Shown: positions 53,159 through 63,242 of the stretch, one piece after another
Layout of the letters: each line of letters begins with the position of its first letter
How positions within the stretch are numbered: the first letter of the stretch is position 1
Source: Octopus vulgaris
Lineage: Eukaryota
Assembly: GCA_951406725.2 (NCBI GenBank)
Contig: OX597823.1
Span: 38,626,001-38,690,000 of the forward strand
Length of the DNA: 64,000 nucleotides
Direction: 5' to 3'
Program-made: the position numbers and the translations under genes
The notes under the pieces: model-generated
What the model was told of the DNA's origin: nothing
Seen by the model: only the letters and a program-made list of their open reading frames with translations
The model's database searches: none

Positions 53159-56100
53159 CACACACATATTTATATATGAAATTTTCCGTTATGTATATAT
53201 TGCATACATTAAGAAAACAACCCTCTGTGGTGGTATCAGAGAGTAAATTTAGAAAGTGTATTAAAAACTGTGTCATTTGGCGGGACTGTAGATTTGTAAA
53301 AAATAGAATATAAATATATGTTATATTAATGGGTTTAGAATATCTAGGGTATATTTTAAGGATTTGTAATGTTTTGTCAGGTGTTAATGTTTGCATGTAT
53401 TCTGCTTGAGGCTGTGTTTCTCTAAGTCTGCAGTATTGCTTTGACAACCCCTGCTGTACAGGGTGGGGGTTAGATGAAGCACTTCTAATTGTGTCATGGC
53501 AACAACAACATCAATCACAAAGCTATAAAATTCCCTACTTACCTGGTGTTGGGAAGTCTTCCGTTCATCTGGTAAAATGATTGCAGAGCAAGAAATGCAC
53601 AATGAATGGTAAAAGGGGCCTTGGAGGGAAAAGAAGAAAATGAAATAATACCGCCATTAAGTATTGCATTATATATGGGGCACATTTGATATATATATAT
53701 ATAGACACATATTTATATGTGTGTGCATGTGTATGTAGGTATGTATGTGTATATGTGAATATACATATACGTGTATATATACTCCCCTACAAACACTGAT
53801 ATATACATGCATGCACATGCATTTAGAGATACATACATGTGCGTGAGTATAAATATATATTTAATATACACAGGATTTAAATTTGAGCTACAATTAGTTT
53901 CACATCCCTGAAAATACAATGATTGGTCAAACTTTTAGAGCATGACATGTATTTTCAGGCAATCATTGAGACTTTTGCCTGAAAATACATGGTATGCAAT
54001 ACAAACTTGTCCAACCATTGTATTTTCAGAGGCATGAAACTATTAGCAGCTCAAATTTAAAACCTGTGTGTGTGTGTGTGTAAGTGTACAGAGAGAGAGA
54101 AAGAGAGATTGTCTTCAATCTTCAATTCTGTCTAGCTCTTACTCTGAAGTGTGTGTGTGAGTACATGAGAATGTGTAACTATTAAATTAGATGGGTGCAT
54201 GTGCATGTGCAATAATATATCAAAGATTGGTATTGTATTAGAAAAGAGAAAATCCCTCCAATGCCATTATTATTAATGGTTCTACTTATATCGTATTATA
54301 AAATGTGTTTAAATATCTGTCTATAATAACAACTGCCAATATAATAATGCTGGTTGATTTCTCCAGTTAGGCTTTACATCATATAAAGAGATGTGGAGAG
54401 AGAGTACAAAAGAGAGACAGAAAGAATTATCATGAGTGGTGCAGGATGAGTGCTTGGTGAGAGGTAATGAGTAAAAGAATGTCACAGTGAGAGAGAGAGA
54501 GAGAGAGAGATAAGCTCCAAGAAATTTGATAAGAAGTTAAATTATAATTATTGTATGTAAGCCTTATTTTCTGACAAAACTATACTTCCAAAGTCACCAG
54601 TCATACGACAGCTTACTTTCTCGTTATCAATAATAATCAGAGTGCAAGGTAAAAAGAAAATATTTTTTTAATCAAACTGTTTGGTAATTCAGTTTTGCAT
54701 CAACTGGAAACTAAAAGAAAGAAGTTACTGCAAATAAAATACTTACATTTAATCGACTTAGATCAGGAGTTAACAAATTAGGCTTGGTCAGCTGGGTTTC
54801 AAGACTTTCCTGAAATATTAAAAAAAAAAATACAGAATAGTAGGGTTGCTGATAAAATTAATACCAGTAGTGTATTGGGACCAATTCAACCAACTGTGCA
54901 TTTGCTTTTGAAACCAAATAAATTACTGGTATTTATTTCATGGATCAGAGAGATAAAAAATAAAGGCCATGATGACAGTGTTTAAATTCAGATCTAGGAA
55001 GTACTGGACTCTGTAGAATAATGAATTTAATGATGCTCTTATTATTATCATTTGCCCAATCATAATTGAGTTAATATTCATTTCTTTCACCAAACCATCT
55101 GTAACCACTTCAGTAAGTAGAGGATAAATAATAGATTGAAATAAACTAAGTTTATTGCAGGTGGTTAATTTATTGCTCCTGGAAGAACAAGTGATGATGT
55201 AATGATTTAAATGTGGAAACCTTAACTACTACATGAAGTACCATGGAGTCAGAAGTCAAGTAGATGTGTTTTTGTTTAGTGTGTGTCTGGGGAGTGGGTG
55301 AGATGAATATAAAATATTGAACCAGCTCTGTCAGGGTTTTATCCATCAAGCACCCATGTTCCTATTATACTAGTTACTTTCTACACTTTCATTGCAGGAA
55401 TAATACTGATGGCAGATTAAATAAAATTCATCTCTATTAATGAGACTTGTAAAGACTTGAGAGAGAGGACACACACACACAAACAAACTAAATGCAGTCC
55501 TGATCTCAAAGGCATTCCAGCCTTGACTATTCTGTATTTTCACATATACAAGACTACATTAACCAAAGTATCTTTTCTGGAGATGGTCGGGTGAGATATA
55601 TGAAATTAGAAGATGAGAGGTGTAAAGTTGTAATCTAAAGAAAGACTAAGAAAGTAAAAGATGAACTGAGAAAATTACAAATTATTTACAGATTGAATGA
55701 AAAAAACTACAAAGTGATTTGAGAAATGAAATGTGTATGGTCTACTGAAGTGAGATATAAATATTAACAGACTTGTTATCAAATAAATTTGAGATGTGGG
55801 TATATGGAAGATTTTTGATTGAGAATAACATGAACAGACAATGGAAACTACAACGAAATACTAATTTCATTATACACCTTTAAGGGGAGAAAATGAAAAT
55901 ATTTCAGACAAGTTGAAACATAAAATAGATTATGAAGTTTGTTCATAAAAGTCAAAATCAATAAGATCATTATACTATTAAGAATTAGACAGATTTAAAA
56001 TATAGTGAATATATTAAAGGAGGGCACAAGACAGGTTGACATGGAAATCTATGGTACTGAATACAGATAACCTGATGGGGATATTGTTTGAAGGAAATTT

Positions 56101-59100
56101 GGCTGCTATTTGTAATAGACCAAGCAATTATGTAAAGGTTCCTATATTGGTTCATAAGACAAAATGTTAGAATCTTACTTAGTGTCTGCTAAGTATGTTT
56201 TTTCCTCCCTTGTTTATTATGATTTTATATGTGTATATCATAGGAGAAAAATTTATTACATAATCAGCATGTATTGGATGCTTATTTTGTGCTGGTGGTA
56301 TGAGGAAAAGCACCTGGTACATGCTGTGAAGAGGCTGGTATTAGGAAGGATATCCAGTCATAGTAACCATGTCAAAAGTAGATACTAGATCATAAGGCAG
56401 ACCTTGGATACATCAGATCCTGCCAAACCGTCCAACCCATGCCAGCATGGAACATATATGTTAAATGATGATAATGATGACAACTCAACAATTTATTGAT
56501 GTATTTTTTTTCCCAAATTAACCTACAGAGAGGAGGTTTCCAATCTTGCTGCTCTTTGATATATGTTACACAAGTATTTATACTAGGATAACTGTTGACG
56601 ATACTATTATACAATCAAAGATTAATTCATAAAAAGATCTCTGTATCTAGGTGTGCGGATATGTGTTTATGTTTGCTTAAATAATCATGTTATTAATGAA
56701 GATTATAATTACTATTAATATATTATCATTGTTATTTAATTGATATGCCTTAATTTAATTACACATCATATGTTATAAATCAAACTATTATTACAGATTT
56801 TATTATCATTTTTGTCCCTCTAACTTGACTCCAACAATTGTGTTTGCACTCATTATGGCTGTATCCATTGTGATGGTAAATTGAATGAAAATAACGAACA
56901 GCTTTATATTTTAAAATACTTTAACTCATTCTAATTCATATAGAGACAATTATAGCAAAGTCTTTGTCGGGCCTTAAAGGTAGGGGGAGGGAGGAGGTAA
57001 TTTTTATTTTTGTAATTGAATTAGCAGGTATGCAAACAATGATATAAAAATTAACAAACTATTAAAATACGTCTAGTTAATAGAATTCCAAAAACAAATA
57101 GTTTTTTTTTTTTTGCTGTCATAGAACACTTAGAATGGTATTTATCAACACTGAGTAAATTACTCTTCACTACATCACATGATTATAATCACAAACTTGC
57201 CCCCAGTTGTTCTTTTCTAAGCAGATCTAACTCTCCTCATCCCTCCTCCAAATTGGAGAAACATGCTTTTGATTCTCATGCTTTCATTTTTCAGACAAGA
57301 AATTAACATTTTCTTTTCTTTTGGAGTTACCAAAAATATAAAAACCCAACTATAATGTTCTTTCTGAAAGATAATTGCAGAAAAGAGCTGCCAGTTTTCT
57401 TGATTCTGTTTGATTCAACAAACTTTTGTAGTCTTGGAGTCATGAAAACCATAAGGTTGAAAATTAATGTAAAATTAAAGAACTGTTTCTTAATAAACCT
57501 CAGGCTTTTTCAAATGGCTGTGTGCCTAAGAAGTTCATATTGTAACCATGTGACTTCACACAGCACTGAATAAATGTCTTCGATATAAACCAAATCAGTA
57601 AATGGTTTTTAAGTGAGACTAGTCAAAAGAGACCCTACAGAAGCCTGTCAGATATTTACGATTCCACAAATATGTAGTGGTTTCCGTGAACAATTATTTG
57701 TTTTGTGAATAACTGAATGCCAAACCATGAATAAGCGGCACATATGTAATGTGTGTGTAAAGTTTGGTGAAAATCAATTGAAAACTGTACAAATGCATAT
57801 GTATTACACACACAGACACACATAGACATCTTTTGCTTTATATGTGTGTGTGTATTTACATGTGAGTATGTGTGTGTCCCCACTTGTGAGCATTTATGTG
57901 TGCATGCATATGCACATCTATGTGTGCATGCATATGCACATCTACGTTAATGTGCTATTGCTTTGCTTATCAATGTGCAAGTGAAACAGTGAAATGATGT
58001 TTACATTCCTTGTTAACATTACAACCAGTCACTCTATATTTTCAAAGGCCAGTGAAATAATAATAAAAAAATCTCATATTTGGAGCAAAACTAAGTTAGG
58101 TTTTACAGAAGGCAGGACATCTGACCATAAACTGTTGCTGCTTCAAATACACCATCATACAATGTCTGTTAGTAAAAATCAGCTGTTACATGAACAAAAT
58201 CATTTTCTGTTTAATGGAATTTGAAGTGTTCAAGAAAAGAAAAGAAAGAGAAGGGAAATATTTTGGCATTGGTTTCCCAAAATATTCCACATTTTAAGAG
58301 ATCATGGATTAGTCAACTATAAAACACTCTTAATATAGCTAACTGCTATATTCTTTTATTTTTTAGAAAGAAGACACACAAACATACAAAACGGGCTTCT
58401 TTCAGTTTCTGTCTACCAAATCAACTCACAAGGTTTTGGTCAGCCCAAGGCTATAGTAGAAGATACTTAGCCAAGGCACCATGCAGTGGGACAGATCTCG
58501 AAACTAGGTGGTTGGGAAGCAAAGATTTTAATACATCACTTATTTTTAGTTTACACTTAGCTACCATGTTTGATGAGAGAGAGAGAGAGAGATGGAGGGT
58601 GGGGGAGAGGAAGAGAGAGTCTAATGTGCATTGCTGTGAATGTGAACATGAAGTCAGGTCAAGAGAGAAAATAATTATTACATGGTGTCCTTTCTCTGGA
58701 ATCTTCAACTGCACACAAATTCCTCCATGGTCATATTCATTGAATTCCTCTCCGCTTGTGTCACAAATCGTGAATGTGAAAGGATTTAACACTAAACATG
58801 GAAAACAGAAAGAAAAGAAATGAATGTAATACATCTTTCTTCTAAGAAGCAACATACAATCAGACACATAAATCAATAAACATCATTATTAACAGCAGAA
58901 ATAATAGTTATATATTAGCAAGAGAGACAGTGTTAATACTGAGAGGTAATATCTATCTCCACTTAAACAAGGATGTTCTGTTACAACAAACCATACTGCA
59001 GTAGATACTATTTGAGAAATTCTGATATTGGTTTTTTTGGTGCAAAATGCACTTTTGTTTATAGTGCTAGCTGGGAGATAAAAAAAAAGGAAATAATAGT

Positions 59101-62100
59101 ATTTGTAAGAGTATAGGATATTATTTGAGGGCAATCTGCCAGCTGTTTCTGGCTTGCTGTTTAACCGCACAGAGACTCTCTATAGGCTGCCCATGGTTGT
59201 ACGAGTTTTAATCATATGTCTGTTTAGTTAAGAATGATAAGATTGGAGGAGAAGAAGAAGGAGAAGAAGAAGAAGAAGAATGTGGCTTTCATTAAAGACA
59301 CTGAATACCTATGTACTATACATCTAGAGCAAAGGTAACAACAACAGTATTTTCAACAACATTATAATAATAACTGCAGTAACAATATCACATACCTAAC
59401 AACAACAATAGTATTAATAAAAACAAGGAAATTATAATTACAACTGTAAAATAGCAGTGAGTTTAAAGTTTAGCCATCATTCACAAATATGACTGATAGC
59501 TAGCACCATAGATTCACTAATTGTTTTAAGTACCAGTGTAATCATGAACAGATATAGACATCCTCTTGGGGTCTTTCACTTCTGACCCAGTGGAACATCA
59601 AGGATGTGATAGTTGGAGGGAGAGGAGGATGGCTGTACCAATCATAGTCATCTGGCATGCATTTACAGCTGACTAGACTGGAGCAATGTGAAGTGAAATG
59701 CCTTGCTCAAGGATACAATGTACAATTCGGTTCATGAATTGAACACACAGCCTTATGTTTATGAGTCCAATACATTAACCCTAACCCCCAGGCCATCGAC
59801 CTTCACAGTAGTCTGGCACAAACCTAAGTTCATAAAATATATAACCACAACACTTCTAACCACCAAAAACAACATAAAGGGAATAAAAGTATATAAAAAT
59901 GGAACCTACCAGAAACTGTGCAAACTTTTCCATTGAGGGCTGTCATACCTTTAATTTCTTTGAAAGTGACCTTGTCTGCTGTCTGAAGATAATGTCGAGT
60001 ATTTTCTAAACAACCCACAACACCTGGGTTCGCCTGGCAATAAGAAATTACAAGCTCTTTGAGAAAATATTTCCAGATATAAAATACAAAATTTTAAAAA
60101 TGTTAGGATGTGAGTTGTAGAAAATTTGAAACTCAGTTGGTAACAGAACACTGCAATGATGAAGATAATTTCATGTTAGTAGTCTAAAACTTAATACCTT
60201 GGTTATATTACCAATAAATACTTCCTTTGGTTCTTCTCCATTAGCATCAAAAATGTCAAATTCGTCTCCAAAATCACAGAAGCATCCAGCAAAGACACCA
60301 AATACATCCCCTGATATAAACTGAAAATAAATTTATAAGCATTTATAAGAATAATAACAAACATTATAAGTGAGTAACAGATAATTTGGTACATAACATC
60401 ATCATCATCAGCGAACCAGATGGCTGCACTAAGCTCCAATCTGATCTGCCAGAGTTTCTACAGCTGGATGCCCTTCCTAACGCCAACCACTCCGAGAGTG
60501 TAGTGGGTGCTTTTACGTGCCATTGGCACAAGGGCCAGTCTGGCAGTACTGGCAACAGCCATACTCAAATGGTGTTTTTTATGTGCCACCTGCACAGGAG
60601 CCAGTCCAGCAGCACTGGCAATGACCTCGCTTGAATATTTTTTCACATGCCACCAGTACAAGTGCCAGTAAGGCGACGCTGGTAATAATCATGCTCAAAT
60701 GGTGCTTTTTATGCGCCACCGGCACGGATGCCAGTCAGCTGTTCTGGCAATGATCCTGCTCGGATGATGCTCTTAGCGCTCCACTAGCACGGATGCCAGT
60801 CATCAAATTTGATTTCAATTTTGATTTCACTTGCCTCAACAGGTCTTTGCAAGCAGAGTTTAGTGTCCAATGAAGGAAAGGTACGCATAAGTGGGCTGGT
60901 TACACCCCTGGCATAGGCCATGGGTTATGGTCTCACTTGGCTTGCCGGGTCTTCTCATGCACAGCATATTTCCAAAAGTCTTGGTCACTAGTCATTGCCT
61001 TGGTGAGGCCTAATGTTCGAAGGTCATGCTTCACCACCTCATCCCAGGTCTTCCTGGGTCTACCTCTTCCTCAGGATCCCTCAACTGCTAGGGTGTGGCA
61101 CTTTTTCAAATATATTTATAGTGTTTTGGTGTAGTATATTGCCTGCAGTTATGTTAATTTGAAATGTTGATCTGAGCTTATTATTATGACATATTGTATA
61201 TTAATAGGTATATATACTTAAACATTAGTCGAATATATTGACCTAAGGCACTCTGACCTAATGCAGACCAGCCTGGTGTATTTGATTAGCAAATATTGGT
61301 CTGAAATGCATGTGTTGAATGAATGTGATATCATTAACTTTAACTATATCATACAATGTTGGCAGTGATATGCTTTCATTCAATAAATTTTTTCAGTATA
61401 AAATAACAGAAGGGTAATAGTGTCCAGAATCAGAGAGTAAACTGCAATAATTTATGAGAAAGGAAACAAAAAGTCACAGGAATTTTGGCAAAATGAACAG
61501 TTTAAATTTGGTAAAGTTGAAGGACCAATATGTGTTTTTCTAAGAAAAAAAATGGTGAGTACCTCTCTCCACAGCCCTTGATTTTGTAATGTAAGACCAT
61601 TTGTAACTACTTCACTAATAAGATTAATATTTTTTTAAGAGATAAGAATGACACAATTTGAATTTACTTTTGAGAATGCATAAAAGCTGCAAAATTCCTC
61701 TGATTATGAAAAAGTCTAATAAACATTTTCACTAAACAGACACAGCACATAACTAAAAATATGTAGCATGGTTCTATAATTTTAAAGAATTATGAAAAAG
61801 AAGATTGTTTTAAATATTATTCTCCTAATTACTATAATTACAACTTACCTTAATTGGAGGATTCTGTTGATGACAGAAATTATTCACCTTACGTTGGAGA
61901 TTTAATGATGTTTCAGTTAATATAACACACTAGAAATTTAAGAAAAAATCATTTTAAGTTAAATTCACAGTTTAGTGTGTGAATATAAATACATACATAC
62001 ACACATGCATATATACAGCACAAGGAATATTGCTGAGACATTTCCATTAAAGCTTCTACCAAGTGCGAACATAACAGGCTGAATATTGTTGCTTGGCATA

Positions 62101-63194
62101 GACAAGAAAAAGCATGTATTATTATAGAGGTTAGCTACCCAGCTGATGTGAACATCTCTTTGAAAATTAAAAAGAAAGAGGATAACTATGGATAACTGCT
62201 TTGATACCCCAAGCTTCTATATCCAGATTATGAATTCACATTTATACCAATAATAATTAATGTACTTGTAAACAAAAACCACTGAAATTCAAGTGATATT
62301 ACTTGTTTCCATTCTTCAGTGAAAACGTGTCTGGCCTTAGATAAATACTATCTGGTTTGGAACAGAAGAGGGTTGGTGACAAGAAGAGCATCTGGACATA
62401 GAAAATCTGCCTAAGAATATTCCTCCTGTCCCATATAAGCATAGAAAAGTGGATATTAACTGATGATAGCTACATCATCATGGTAAACATTGTTTTTACA
62501 TCTCTTTTTTCGATGCCACAATAAGGGTTTGGATGAAACTTTAAGGAAATATTCTATGCCAGATGTTCTTCCTGATGCTAACCCTTGTTAATTTTTTGAG
62601 CAATATATTTCACTGGTCTTCACAGGCTGAACAGCTGAGCTAAGGGACATACTGAGACAAAGACATATGTCATTTCTGCCTCAGCAGTGTCAGTGTGAAG
62701 ACATAAGGGGACAGACAAACACACAATAGGCATCCATACAGTTTCCATTAATAAAATTTTGAAACTTCATCAACAAGGTATTGGTTGAACCAATGCTATA
62801 TTAGAAAACACTAGCACAAGGGTTGCACAGTGGGAATGAACCCAAAACCACATTGTTGCAAAGCAAACTTCTTATCCACCACAGAACCATCAATGCCTAT
62901 ACATACATACAAACATACATACAAACACAAACATACATACATATATAAACAATTGCAGCGTGGAAGGTGTTTATAAGACATTTAAGAAACACACAAAAAC
63001 TGTTAGATTCACTTCAACATTTAAATTTGTCAAAATATTTGCGTCGCTTTGAGACCATGACCTGTTCACTGACAAAATTCTGTGACGCAGCATGAAATTT
63101 CTTAAATGGCTTATAAAAACCTTCTACGCTGCAATTGTTTTCGTTCCAGCATACGATCTCAGATCAGGTCACTTGCTATGCAAGTACATCTCTG

Positions 63195-63242
<48 letters not shown>

